The notes: generated by a model not told the origin, from the letters alone. A stretch of 63,861 nucleotides of DNA, filler included, from Octopus bimaculoides (GCF_001194135.2; 7 parts of 7 records of this genome joined end to end with filler, not necessarily neighbours in it); one strand, 5' to 3'; positions 40,704-54,400 are shown, counted from the first letter of the whole stretch. Numbers and translations: made by a program.

Positions 40704-40875
40704 CGTAGACAGGTATTGTGTGTGTGTGTGTGTCTGTGTGTATTTATGTATGTATATATGCAAATGTATGTAGATTTCATTAATCATCTTCAGATTATTA
40801 TAATTGCATACAAATACTATGCAAATATATACATGCACAGGCCTACACTTGTACATTCTTGTGTGTCTATATGAA

Positions 40876-40931
<56 letters not shown>

Positions 40932-40975
40932 NNNNNNNNNNNNNNNNNNNNNNNNNNNNNNNNNNNNNNNNNNNN

Positions 40976-40987
40976 TTAATTAATTAA
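40976..40987. other. Artificial scaffold linker TTAATTAATTAA
   Basis: 44N-12-44N structure. Confidence 0.95.
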
Positions 40988-42039
40988 NNNNNNNNNNNNN
41001 NNNNNNNNNNNNNNNNNNNNNNNNNNNNNNNCAATTTATAAAAAAATCACGCTTATTTAGTAAATATTTCTTTCGGTAATTTATCGTAGTTGTTCGGAAA
41101 TAGCGAATGAAAACAATTAAAATAGAGAGTATGAGATTTCGGAAATGAAAACGTAAAATCTTGCCTGCAACGAATTAATATTGCTTGGATAGTTGCTACG
41201 ACAATACCGGAAGTTGACAAAACCTTTTTAAAGAAGTGAATCATATATATAAAGCACTATTATTTACCTTCAATAAAAAATAAAATGAAGACCCTATTAT
41301 GCATCCGAGGTTCAAATACTTCATGCATTCCGAGTATGGAGCCAATTCGCGCAGCTGTTTTCGCGTGTAAAGCGATTACACACGCACACAGGTCTATTTT
41401 ACATAATATATATATATATATAGATATATGAGTGCGTATTCAAGCGCGCGCACACACACACACATACTACTCAAACAAAAACGATAAGAAAAGATAGTGT
41501 ATATTTTTCATGTGATCCTGAAGAGAAAATTTGGTCGAAAGAGTAGTTGCTAAAACTTTTATCAGTAATATTTCCAACATTGTTGCAGTGTTAGTTAACT
41601 TGTCCATAAAATCTAAGTCGCATTTCTTGTTTATGAATGCTATGCTTATATTCAGATCAATCATTTGCTGGTACGTCAAAAGTTACATCGTCGAACAACA
41701 ATTTATTGCATATGGTTTAACTTTCACTTTATATATGCTCCTATAAAGAGAACTATTTAACCACAGTGACGGGGCAGCTGGCATATGACTTAGATTCCAT
41801 TGAAATAAATTCTGTATAACTGATCAGATGAAAAGCAAAAATGTTAAAAATATCCTTGCCAAATTCCTAACATAGCCTACATTATCACAGTTAAGTTGCT
41901 TCACATATTGGCATCTTACAATGCTAATGCACAAGAGTCACTTTGTTTCTGTTGGCATCTCTAGCAGTATATTTCAAAGATTTCTTGCAACATATTACCT
42001 TGTATTCTTATTTCGTGATATAGGCACAGGCTTGACAGT

Positions 42040-42400
42040 ATCACTAAAATGCCCACTTTGCAGCCACGTGGTTTCAGGTTCAGTCCTACTGCGTTGCACC
42101 TTGGGTAGAACGACGCTTTGAGAGTGAATATGGTAGACGGAAGCCGCGCAGAAGCTTGTCGTATATATAGATATATAGGTATAGATATATGTAGGTGCGC
42201 TTGTGTTTGCGTTTGTCACCCCCAGTGCATGGCAAATGTTTGTTTGTTTACGTCTTTGTAACTTAGCTGCTCGGCAAAAGAATCCGATAGATTTAGTACC
42301 ACTGAAATAAATAATAGGGCAAATTTGTTCGAGGATATCCTTTGAAAGCCCTGCCCCAGCATGACTGCACTCCAGTGTCTGAAGTAGGGAAAAGGTAAAA
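42040..42400 (+). mobile_element. Old, diverged SINE family B copy
   Basis: ggttcagtcctactgcgttgcaccttggg...ggtagacggaag...gtaacttagctgctcggcaaaag...ccagcatgactgca. Confidence 0.7.
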
Positions 42401-43368
42401 GATACTTACATAGAAAAAAATGCCTATGAATCTTGTTATCAAGAAACAATGGGCTTTGAGTTTGCTGAGAGTCATCTATTTTAGTCATCAATATAATGTA
42501 AGAAACAGCGAAGTCGATGTGTCCCATATCAGATGGACTGCGTGTTTTCTTGTTTAATTTTAAGCTTCTCTACCTGTAAAGTTTGATCATCAGCATTGTT
42601 CTTCTTTTAAATTCTTAGATATAAACAATGTCTAAAAGTGCTTCTTGGGGGAAAAACTGGTACTTATACCAGTGCGTAAATAGAAGGTTCTCCTAAATTA
42701 CTCAACTGGAAAACAGAGTAAAATCTAGATTTTAAGTGAAATGCTCTAAATATCCAACAGTGAGTGGTGGTAATTTGTAATGAAGTATGCTACTATTAAT
42801 ACTAGATAATAGAACGCGTAAAGCTTGTTGGTTCTGTTATAAGATAGCTAATTAATATTTTAGCAATTCATGTCACCTGATCGTACTCCTTATTTATAGC
42901 AAATAACATCAGGTAACAATTATTTCATCCTAACAATGATCAGAATTTACATACAGACACTTGGTATAAATAACGTCTTATCGATGTTAGAACTGATATT
43001 AATATTTGCAGTGTTAAATTAATCACCTTTAATAGATGGTGATGAGATTAAAAAAAATATTTGAACGATAGTAATCATATCAACTAATAACTATGACTAA
43101 ATCATTTTATCGATGTTTTTTTTTTTTTTAAATTTTTATAGTGAATTGTTAAATAATACATTCAAAGTTCGGAAATGATGTTTTACACCGCGAAGTAATG
43201 GAGTCGCTAAAGCACAGAGGAAAATATATATTGTTTCAACTTTCTGTCTCACGTCTTTTCTCTGTTTCTCTCTCTTGCNNNNNNNNNNAAAAGCCAATAC
43301 TAGTTGTGAAGTAGTTGGGTGGCAAGCACATGCACAAGGATACTTACACACACTCACACACGCAAACA

Positions 43369-43418
<50 letters not shown>

Positions 43419-45289
43419 AACACATACACACTTTTGTGGTCGCATTTCATATTCATTCGGGTTCATAGATTCATGTTAAGAGTCAATGGCGATGCATTGG
43501 TGGATTATAAACAGCATTAAATGAGTCATTGCTGAGTTATATTCTAATCTTTCTGTGAGCTTCTCAACATAACCACTTTGTAGTTTTCCCTATGGTGATA
43601 TTGTCCCGTATCACTGGTAAGCGTATGACTACTTTTCTTCCTTCCACCGTTCCTAATCGCCCATTATTGGGTCTTGAAATATCCACCCATTTTATATACT
43701 AAAACAATTTCCATATTGGGTTTGCAGAATGTTTCTTGCTGTAGTTGATGTTTGTTTCCCTATTCCTTAACACAATACAGACTTTGTTCCAGCTAACATA
43801 TTGTATAAGCCAATCCATCTGCATTGCACCTTCTTGCGTTTTATATTCGTGAATAAATATTAATTTAGATGTAGATACGCTTGATGTAGTGTTTATCAAG
43901 AAGAAATATTATCAAAGCCACGCCGTTTCTGATATCCCACGCGCATATATAACCGACACTATCTCATGTTTCATTTACTTTTTAACAATATACTTTATTT
44001 CAGAAGATTTAAAGAAAACATACTGCATACTCGTTTATTAATAGATGTGTAAATTATTTAAAAGCTTTCCCCGCACCATCTCTGAAATAAGAACGACGTT
44101 AGCTAGAAAAAGAAATGATGCGTATAGTAAAGTGACATTGAAGCCCATATTTGATTAATTCTCATGTTGTGAATATAAACAGATGTGTTACTGTTGTATT
44201 TCGTAGCTTTTGTCATCGCTACTTTGGTAGTTGTAGTTATTTTAGCCTACGATTGTTATAGTAAAGACATATTTCATTGGAATTATATCCCATTATTTAC
44301 GAAGCAAACCTGTCCACAGTCAGCTCATCTGGGACAGCTGGGATAAATAATAGCAAATTACTGCGGCCAATCACAATAAAATACATTTTCTAATGGTGAA
44401 GATGTTTGCTTAATGTCGTTTCGGACGATATTTATAGTCTGAAACAGAACAATATAATTGGTATCAATACATTGTGAGCTGTGGCAGTATAATTTCGTAA
44501 TACATATGTAACACTGATCCCATACTTTATTATACACACTCAATACACACACACATACAAGTGCATACACAAATACGCAAGCACACACACTTAATACAGA
44601 CACACTCATACGGAGACAAGCTCACGTGATTGCATATGTGTGTGTGGAGGGACCGAAAGGGTGCGTATTTTATGTTTGTTGGTATAAAAGTACAAGCATT
44701 AATCTAACTACGGTCACCAATTCTTCCAAAGACATCACATTCTCTTCCAAATATTTAGCTCCTAAATCACAGTAAAGACATAGTTTGCCTCACTTTCTAG
44801 CACACCTATGACATATACACAACCACACAAATCTGCAATTCGAAATTTCTTCATAAATACCAAAATCACACAACTCAACCCGTTCATACAATACAAGTAA
44901 TCAAGTCTTTTATTTTATTTATTTATTTATTTTAGATTTCGGCACTACAACCATTCCAACTAAATAATATATATACATGCACACAAAATATATCACATGG
45001 ACAATGTCAATAATTCAATAACAGATGGTTTTAAATTAGGGTCTCTCATTCAGGGTCCACATGTGCTCTGGAGATCCAAATAAGGTTTTGATGTTAAACT
45101 TTTTGTGCAATAAATTGCTCATACTTTTGCAGTATACAAAATATCTTAATTTCTTTTATACAGTTTCTAATAACATATAATGGCCACGGGTATATAGCGT
45201 AGTGGTTAAGCGCGTGGGCTACTAATCCTAAGTATTCCGAATTCGATTCCAGGCAGTGTCCTGAATCATAAAAATATACTTCTATTCTG

Positions 45290-45630
45290 TTACGTTTTTC
45301 AGTCATTTGACTGCGGCCATGCTGGAGCATCAACTTTAATTGAACAAATCGACTCCAGTAATTATTCTTTGAAAGCAAGCCTAAGCAAAGTTACGGAGAT
45401 CTAAACACACTAACAGCGGTTGTCAAGAGATGGGGGGGGGAGGCAAACACAAACACAGAAATATATACGACGGGCTTCTATCAGTTTTCGTCTACCAAAT
45501 CCACTCAAAAGTCTTTGGTCGTATCGAGGCTATAGTAGAAGACAGTTGCCCAAGATGCCACGCAATGGGACTGAGCCTGGAACAATGCGGTTGATAAGCA
45601 AGCTTCTTACCACACAGCCAATCCTGCGCC
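45290..45630 (-). mobile_element. Gap-free full-length SINE family B
   Basis: Reversed tail (cagtcatttgactgcggccatgctggagca), a short aaatatatacgacggg linker, and reversed head (accacacagccaatcctgcgcc). Confidence 0.85.
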
Positions 45631-46263
45631 CAGAAGATATATGTGTATTTTATATGCATTCAATGGTTATGAAGTTACAGCGGATTAAAAAAGGAATCAA
45701 AGGGGCCGACACGGTAAAAAAAAAAAAAAAACGGATCATAACCACTGTTTGAAATTAAAGTTTCCTTACTTTCTTAATTTTATAGTCTTTGTGATGAAGT
45801 GAGATACAATTTCGCAATCATCAAAGGTACCTCTAAAGCATTAGCTATTAAATAAACATTTAAATGTTAGTGGTCACAGCATCGTGATCATAGGTTTGTT
45901 GAAACGTTATAAAATGTAATTTAATATTGAATGCAAAAAATATTTCATTTCTGCTTTATGAAATTACATATAGTATTTTAATTTTATATTGTTCGTTTGT
46001 ATTAAATGAATGCAATTCAGTGAAACATTTTTAAACGCTTTTGATCTTACAGTAAAAGTTATAATTGGGTTGAACTTGCTTTGGTTTCGTTACCTAAAAT
46101 CATCTACCAATATAGTGTATAGCTGGAGTAATATATTTCGCAGTGATCTTTATATGAATTGAAACTTCGGCAGCATTTGTTTGAAATGCTCTTTCATTTT
46201 TCAGCATAAATCAAATAACAAACGTTTTAGATTTCGAGAAATCCTGTCCCCAAGGAATTATGA

Positions 46264-46298
<35 letters not shown>

Positions 46299-46342
46299 NN
46301 NNNNNNNNNNNNNNNNNNNNNNNNNNNNNNNNNNNNNNNNNN

Positions 46343-46354
46343 TTAATTAATTAA
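46343..46354. other. Artificial scaffold linker TTAATTAATTAA
   Basis: 44N-12-44N structure. Confidence 0.95.
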
Positions 46355-46399
46355 NNNNNNNNNNNNNNNNNNNNNNNNNNNNNNNNNNNNNNNNNNNNT

Positions 46400-46800
46400 C
46401 GGGTTTTGTGGTTAGGTGGTTTTAATGGTTGTGGTGGTGGTGGTGTTAATTGTGGTGGTAATTGTGATTGTGGTGATAATGGTGGTGGTGGTGGTGGTGA
46501 TAGTAGAAGTGATAGTTGTGGTGTTAGCATTGATGACAGTGGCGATGCTGATGTTGTTGTTGTGGTGGTGGTGGTGGTGGTGCTTGTTGAAGTGGTGGTG
46601 GCAGTTATGGTGGTAGTAATTGTATTGGTGATGGTGGTGGTGGTGGTTGTGGTGGTACTATTAAAGATGATGATAGCAATGATATTATGATGGTAGTTGT
46701 GTTGGTGGTACATGTTGTGATGGTGGTGTTGGTGGAGGTGGTGTGGTGGTAATGTTGGTGGTGGTGGTGGGGATAATGGTAAGGATGGTGGTGCAGACAA
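46400..46800. repeat. Degenerate (GGT/GAT/GTT)n tract
   Basis: Directly visible; produces the poly-V/G/T/P ORFs in the track. Confidence 0.9.
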
Positions 46801-46982
46801 AGTCATATGATGGTAAGATATTATGCATTGAAGCCAATGGCAGATGTAATGGGTGAAACACACAGACAGACAGAGAGGTAGATAGATACATAGATAAAGA
46901 GAGAGAGAGTAGAACAGATAGATAGACAGATAGAGATTGGAAGAGAAGTATATATAAAGAGAGAGAAATTGGCATGTGTGTG

Positions 46983-47026
<44 letters not shown>

Positions 47027-47372
47027 TAAATAGATAAAAAGATGACAGAGATAGATAAACAGATAGATAGATAGATAGACAGACATATAGACAGATAAAT
47101 ATAGACAGATAGAATAGATAGATAGACATAAAATATGACAGCCAGTCTGACAGGTACACAGACAAGTAGACAGGCAAGCAAACAGTCTGGTGAGCAGACA
47201 GATGGATATATGCAGACATGGAATTAAGCAAACAATGAAGTTGGGCAGTTGATAATAGAGGAGCCAAATTTTTTTTAGCATGTAGTGTATGTGTGTATGT
47301 ATATATATATATTTATATATGTTTGTATATATACATATATACATACACCATATATACACCTGTCTACATATA

Positions 47373-47445
<73 letters not shown>

Positions 47446-47624
47446 TTATTTTTATTTATGTGCCCGTTTTAAAGCCTAGCCAGGCTCATGGGCCCGGTTT
47501 CCTGGTTTCTATGGCGTATGTGTTCCCCCCAGCTGGACGGGACACCAGTGCATCGCAGTATTACTCAATGCTTCAAAATGTTGCAGTAGAACTCTTGATA
47601 GATGGTCTAGCCCTAGGGAAAGAA

Positions 47625-47815
47625 TTCTCAATGCACAATACCACATTTCCAGGGGTTACACTCGTGGCAGGTCTTCCAAATCACTCATCATCTTCCAGGG
47701 TCATTCTTCCACTTTCAAAGCACTTGTGTCAATCGAAACATTGTGTGTGACCCATTGTCTCATCTCCATAAGCTTGCTGAAGCAGGCTCAAAATCTTTGT
47801 AGCAAACTTCTCATG
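47625..47815 (-). pseudogene. Mariner transposase N-terminal HTH relic
   Basis: [55 protein letters not shown] matches the mariner pattern L..AYG.....T..F.W.K.F..GR..LED..R.GRP. Confidence 0.85.
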
Positions 47816-48022
47816 CTTTGGTTGGCCTGAGGCTATAGTAGAAGACATTTGCCCAAGGTATCACACAGTGGGACTTAACCTGGAGCCATGTGGTTGGGAA
47901 TCAAGCATCTTACCACATAGCCATGCCTGCACCTATTTATGTGTATACATTCAGTTATACATGCATACATGTATACATTCAGTTATACATGCATACATAC
48001 ATAGATATATCTATCCATATAT

Positions 48023-48410
48023 TGGTTTTTGGCACTCTGTCGCTTACGATGTCGAGGGTTCCAGTTGATCCGATCAACGGAACAGCCTGCTCGTGAAATT
48101 AACGTGCAAGTGGCTGAGCACTCCACAGACACGTGTACCCTTAACGTAGTTCTCGGGGATAATCAGCGTGACACAGCGTGACAAGGCTGACCCTTTGAAT
48201 TACAGGCACAACAGAAACAGGAAGTAAGAGTGAGAGAAAGTTGTGGTGAAAGAGTACAGCAGGGTTCGCCACAATCCCCTGCCGGAGCCCCGTCGAGCAT
48301 TAGGTGTTTTCGCTCAATAAACACTCACAACGCCCGGTCTGGGAATCGAAACCGCGATCCTATGACTGCGAGTCTGCTGCCCTAACCACTGGGCCATTGC
48401 GCCTCCACTT
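48023..48410 (-). mobile_element. Full SINE family C
   Basis: Reversed tRNA-like head (gggaatcgaaacc...ccctaaccactgggccattgcgcc), body and tail. A possible 9-bp TSD tccatatat lies at 48014-48022 and 48411-48419. Confidence 0.85.
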
Positions 48411-48440
48411 TCCATATATATATACATATACATATTTATA

Positions 48441-48479
<39 letters not shown>

Positions 48480-48599
48480 GCTTGTTTGTGTATGTGCATG
48501 TATATGTATGCAAAGGATGTGTATGTTTGTGTGAGAGAGCTTTCAGTTATTTTGGGCGAGTTGCTTCATTTCGTTAACAAAGAAAACTTACATTGAGGA

Positions 48600-49110
48600 A
48601 ATAATGATTGTTATTGATTTAAAATAAGTAATGGTGGCAGTAGTGGTGGTGATGGTGGCAGTGTAGCTGTTGATGGTAGTGGAGGTGGTGGTAGTGTTGA
48701 TGTCGTTAATATTGATGATGTTGGTGGTTGTGGTGGTAGAGGTGGTAGCAGTGATGGTTATTGGTAGTGGTGGTGATAATGGTGGTGGTGTTAGTGGCAA
48801 TGATAGTTGTGTTGGTGATAGTGTTAGTGGTTGTAGTCGGTGGTACTGATGCTGGTGTTAATGTTGATGGTGGTGGTAGTGGTGATGTTGATAGTTGTGA
48901 TGTTAGGGGTTGTGGTGGTGGTGTTAGTGCTTGTTGTGGTGTTGGTGGTGGTGGTGGTGGTGGTAGTTGGGGTAGTGGAAGTGTTGTTGATGATGGTGGT
49001 GATGAAGACTGTATTGATAATGCTGATATTGGTGGTGATTGTCAAGGGGGTGTCGGTGACGTTGGTGGTGGTGGTGGTGTTGGTGTGACAGTGGTAGTGG
49101 TGGTGGTGAT
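48600..49110. repeat. Degenerate (GGT/GAT/AGT)n tract
   Basis: Directly visible simple-repeat tract. Confidence 0.9.
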
Positions 49111-49181
49111 ACTATTTATCTATTTATTTATATTTTTNNNNNNNNNNNNNNNNNNNNNNNNNNNNNNNNNNNNNNNNNNNN

Positions 49182-49193
49182 TTAATTAATTAA
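49182..49193. other. Artificial scaffold linker TTAATTAATTAA
   Basis: 44N-12-44N structure. Confidence 0.95.
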
Positions 49194-49237
49194 NNNNNNN
49201 NNNNNNNNNNNNNNNNNNNNNNNNNNNNNNNNNNNNN

Positions 49238-49270
<33 letters not shown>

Positions 49271-49668
49271 ACATATATATGTATGTGTATGTGTGTGTGA
49301 CTGTGTGTGTGTATGCATGTATGTATGTATTTATACGTTCTCATATATGCATATTATATATGTATGAAGACACGTTTTCTTGTGCGTATACTTCCCCGAT
49401 TGACAAATTTATAAGCTAAATAATTTTGTACATATCTGGGACATCGATTCATTCCTCTGAAATAGCAGCCAGGCTCCTTCCTGTCTCAAGTGATACATTA
49501 GAAAATGTAGTTCATGATATATAAATGATGGGAGATATGAGCTTATATCGTTATATGTCAATAATTGTAATATTGTGTTGTTTTAATGTGAACATGAATG
49601 CTATTGCTGGTGAACAAATATTTGTGTTTATTTGAGCATATGTGTATGTGTGCGTGTGTGTGTGTGTA

Positions 49669-49750
<82 letters not shown>

Positions 49751-49955
49751 ATCCCATGCAAAACTTTATCCCAGGAGTATGGGTCTTAGAGAATAATGAA
49801 AATTTAGCAAAGTGATTTACAACCGCCTATTCTTGTAGGTTATATTGAAATAGCTGCAATATAGTTCTGTAAAGTGGAATCAGTATGATGTAGGGAAGAG
49901 ATTGTTTTCCTTTGTTTTCATTATTCATCTTTGCAACAAAGTGAGCCAATCAATA

Positions 49956-50775
49956 TATAGGGGTCCAAAAAGTCGCAATGTTTGATAATTCGTTTATTTT
50001 TTTTTTACCTTTTTCTTTTATTTTCAGGGATTTTATGGACTAGGTCCTGGAAATTAATTATCGAAAAACTTGGCACTGAACCACGTACTCAAGTGGTGAA
50101 ATTGTTCTATCAAAATCAGGGGTCTGTTTCTCAAACCCAGAGAGCACCAAAGAGAAGTGTACAGTACGATTATGGCGGATGAGATAATCTACCCTTATTT
50201 CTTTGAAGGCAATGATGGGAATGCTGTCACTGTAACAGGCGAGCGATACAGGACTATGATCGAGAGCTTTTTGCGCCTTTCCATTCAAAATAGGCCCGAT
50301 ATGTGGTTCCAGCAAGATGGGGCAACTGCTCATACTGCTAGAGAGACAATACAGTTGCTGAGGCAATATTTCGGAGTAAGAATCATATTTTGCTACTGCG
50401 ATGTCTACTGGCTATCACGTTCTCCTGACTTCTTCTTGGGGGGTACCTCATGGAGAAGGTTTATGTCAACAAACCAGAAACCCTGGAGCAATTGAAGGAT
50501 AATATCACAAGAGAAATCAAAGAATCGGACACTGAACCCCTTACATCTATCATGGAACAAATTTTGGAAAGGGCACGGATTTGTGAAGCTGAAAATGGAC
50601 GCCATTTAAACGAGGTCATTTTCCATACGTAATGCAGAGGTATAATGAAAAAGGACTAAAGCAAATTAATTTCTTTTATCTCCTGTATATTAAATTAAAA
50701 TTTCATACACCTATTTGTAAAAATAAGGGACTTAATAATTAAGAACCCTCAGAGACTCTTGGGTCACCCTCTGTA
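49956..50775 (+). mobile_element. Internally deleted Tc1/mariner element
   Basis: EKLGTEPRTQVVKLFYQNQGSVSQTQRA is joined to IIYPYFFEGNDGNAVTVTGERYRTMI...WFQQDGATAHTARET...WLSRSPDFF [frameshift] KVYVNKPETLEQLKDNITREI...NGRHLNEVIF. TIR-like ends are weak, so the boundaries are approximate. Confidence 0.85.
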
Positions 50776-51011
50776 ATACAAGGAAAATATAAATGACGAA
50801 AAAACATAGTGAAAAGGAGCAATGTGAAATAAAGTGTCTCGCTCAAGAACACAACACGCAGCCCGATCTGGGAATCGAACTCACAACCTCACGATCATAA
50901 GCGTCTTCACATCTACACATGCACATATTATCCTCACATACATTGGCCAGGTCACTGATGCTTTTCTTGCCATCCAACTCAACTACTTATTTTCTTCCGG
51001 TCAATTCGACA

Positions 51012-51269
51012 GGTGAAACCGATAATCAAATCACTTTCTTTTCTCTCCATTTATTCCTTTCATCAGCTCCTCAGTCCTGTAGAAGAGGGCAGGGCCGAAG
51101 CGTCAAAGATTTCTTTCATTTCTCTTGGGCGTCAAAGTAATATTCCCTCACTTCCTCTGTCTTGTTTGTTCTTGTATCATTTTGAGCCACACACAGAGGC
51201 ACTCTCTCTTTTTATCTCTCTCCCTCTCCCTCTTAGACTCTCTCCACACACACATATATATATAAGTAT
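51012..51269. repeat. About 258-bp near-identical direct duplicate of 51970-52227
   Basis: Both run ggtgaaaccgataatcaaatcac...cacacatatatatataagtat. Confidence 0.9.
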
Positions 51270-51299
51270 GTATATATATTCTTTTATTCTTTTATTCTT

Positions 51300-51497
51300 T
51301 TATTTGTTTCAGTCATTTGACTGCGGCCATGCTGGAGCACCGCCTTTAGTCGAGCAAATCGACCCCGGGACTTATTCTTTGTAAGCCTAGTACTTATTCT
51401 ATCGGTATCTTTTGCCGAACCGCTAAGTTACGGGGACATAAACACACCAGCATCGGTTGTCAAGCAATGCTAGGGGGACAAACACAGACACACAAAC
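51300..51497 (-). mobile_element. Young SINE family B tail, head presumably in the gap
   Basis: Close reverse-complement match to the B tail at 2991-3146. Confidence 0.85.
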
Positions 51498-54400
51498 ACA
51501 CACACATACATATATANNNNNNNNNNNNNNNNNNNNNNNNNNNNNNNNNNNNNNNNNNNNNNNNNNNNNNNNNNNNNNNNNNNNNNNNNNNNNNNNNNNN
51601 NNNNNNNNNNNNNNNNNNNNNNNNNNNNNNNNNNNNNNNNNNNNNNNNNNNNNNNNNNNNNNNNNNNNNNNNNNNNNNNNNNNNNNNNNNNNNNNNNNNN
51701 NNNNNNNNNNNNNNNNNNNNNNNNNNNNNNNNNNNNNNNNNNNNNNNNNNNNNNNNNNNNNNNNNNNNNNNNNNNNNNNNNNNNNNNNNNNNNNNNNNNN
51801 NNNNNNNNNNNNNNNNNNNNNNNNNNNNNNNNNNNNNNNNNNNNNNNNNNNNNNNNNNNNNNNNNNNNNNNNNNNNNNNNNNNNNNNNNNNNNNNNNNNN
51901 NNNNNNNNNNNNNNNNNNNNNNNNNNNNNNNNNNNNNNNNNNNNNNNNNNNNNNNNNNNNNNNNNNNNNGGTGAAACCGATAATCAAATCACTTTCTTTT
52001 CTCTCCATTTATTCCTTTCATCAGCTCCTCAGTCCTGTAGAAGAGGGCAGGGCCGAAGCGTCAAAGATTTCTTTCATTTCTCTTGGGCGTCAAAGTAATA
52101 TTCCCTCACTTCCTCTGTCTTGTTTGTTCTTGTATCATTTTGAGCCACACACAGAGGCACTCTCTCTTTTTATCTCTCTCCCTCTCCCTCTTAGACTCTC
52201 TCCACACACACATATATATATAAGTATATATCTATGTATACATAGGTATATATCTATATATATAGGTACGTATCTATATCTATCTATATATATATATATA
52301 CATACAGAAAGAGAAATAGTGTACTGTTCTGTTATTTGCAGACTCAACAAAAATCGTGTTTCATCTAGCGAGAAATAAATATCTTTCAATAAACACAGAA
52401 TTTAAATCTAAGCTACATTAAGTATCATGCTCTGACACTGTCCTATCGTAGCTCGTGCGGTTAATGTACTATCGGAGCATGACATTTATAGTAACTTACA
52501 TTTAAATTCCATCACTGCAGTTGCTAGAAATAGTAGCCAAATCACTTGAAATACACACTATATCATATTAAAACGGTTATGGTCACACTGGATAGTGTAT
52601 TAGATAAACTGTGTTTGCAAAACCGATTGGCAACGGCTGGGATTCTTTATGCTCATTGGTCAGCTTTTTCAGGGCTTATCTTTAGTTAGACAATATAAAT
52701 AATTCGTATACTTTTGTATGATACGTATCCGATAGGGATGAACTGCAGACTATATATAATCTTAAATAAAAACAAAATATTTCAAAAGTATTATCCGTGA
52801 AGGACATTTCATTTTCCTTTCAGCTACCACGAGATAATTCCCAGGAAATAGGGTATAAAACACTTTCATGCATGAAGTTATTATTGGTATCGCTGGAGCC
52901 TATTTGCAAACGTGTAATAACATGTATTAGATAATCAATAATTTAGCTGTCTTTAATGTGAATGAACATGTAAGGGATATGGTAATGTGCATGATAATAG
53001 AAAGATCTTCCGCAAGCAGCCCTTTTGAATAAAATATAAAAGAAAAATTACTGCAGATTGCATCCTAGGATCGAGTATTTAGTTACCACTAGAAGGGGAA
53101 AGTAAATGATATATTCACGGACCACCAACTGCTTCTGAAGAAAATAAAGCGCTGCTTCGCATATTCGAAAATTCCTGACACCAAATATCTAAGCGTAAAT
53201 GAATGGCTTCAAAACACGAATTTGAGACATTTAGCAAAATAAGCATTACCTAGAAAGACCAACTTAATAGACATAAAGTAGATTTTTTTCAAAGTGAAAC
53301 TCGATACTGAATGATGAAAAGAACCATTCCATAAAAAAGAAGGCCGTTTCTCTGGATATTGTGATTTATGAACTGGAAAAGAAATTATTTAACTGTAATG
53401 CATCATGTTTCGATACACTTGAGAAATAATACTATACCATCACCAGCAGTTAAACTGAATATATCAACCCTGAATCTGTGGGTACGCTACATAATGGAAA
53501 GGAAACTGCAATATATTTAGTAGCTGTATATTGGTAAAGATTTTGATTTTCTACGTTTGGATGTTCACATGCGCTTCATGTCTATTTAAACAAATTATGG
53601 ATAAAAGAAATTTACATAACAAGAAGATTCAAAACGTGGGACTTGTAGCGCGACAACACGAAAAATGTCTGTAGCCCAGAATGAGAATACTATGTTGGTA
53701 GGAAAAATAGGTCTATTTGTTGCTTAAAAATTATTTCGAAATTTTACACCAACTGTCTCAATGAATTACTCCATTGTATCAAGGAACATCGAGGATGTGA
53801 CGAACAACTTTCAATAGAAAAAAGCTATACCGCCACGTGTATAATATCCAAAGAAACTTAAGTGGCAGTATGGTTTCATGACAAAAAGAAGTTTTGGTTC
53901 ATCTCCCTGGTCGTGTTTGTTTTCAATTTCTGCACTTGGTAAATGTACCCGCTAAACAAGTTCTATAATTTAAAGCTCGCAAAGACCTAGTCAACATTGC
54001 TTTGTTTCTAAAATTTGAACAAATGCTTATGATGTTAAGAGATTCTCGCAGGAAATTTTTTCGAAACAGATCACCTGTGCTTTTGTTTACCTTTTTTTTA
54101 TTTTTGCAACTAAATTTACTATCTTTTCTTTTACAAATGCTTGTGGCTATTTTCCATGGTCTACTATAGTAAGAGATAAAAAATATAAGCCTTATATTTC
54201 TTTGTTGAAAAATCTCAAGAAACACCCACAATGAGGAGAAATAATATGACCTAACACAATATAATAGGTGAATATATAGTTTTTGGCCTTTCAGTATTGA
54301 TGCAAATCAGCGAAACGAATTGTCTACATTCTGCTTCCATATCCCAAAACATTTTCTTCACTGATCTTTTTATCCTCCTTGCTGTAGGCAACGAATACTA

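Noticed and set aside
41053-41244. MIHFFKKVLSTSGIVVATIQAILIRC as a signal-peptide exon
   Set aside because: It has no GT donor, lies downstream of the receptor exon on another scaffold piece, and shows no homology I recognise.
45181-45265. tRNA-like sequence with A and B boxes (also the heads of SINE families A-D)
   Set aside because: I found no complete cloverleaf or acceptor stem; these are SINE heads, not tRNA genes.
46351-49189. Poly-V/G/T/P/H ORFs resembling mucin or extensin (also 21916-22190 and 33204-33525)
   Set aside because: They come from degenerate trinucleotide tracts that are open in several frames on both strands. I saw no splice signals or domains.
21521-49193. Regularly recurring palindromic TTAATTAATTAA as a regulatory or CRISPR-like repeat
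   Set aside because: It is always centred in a fixed 100-bp N spacer, so it is an assembly linker.
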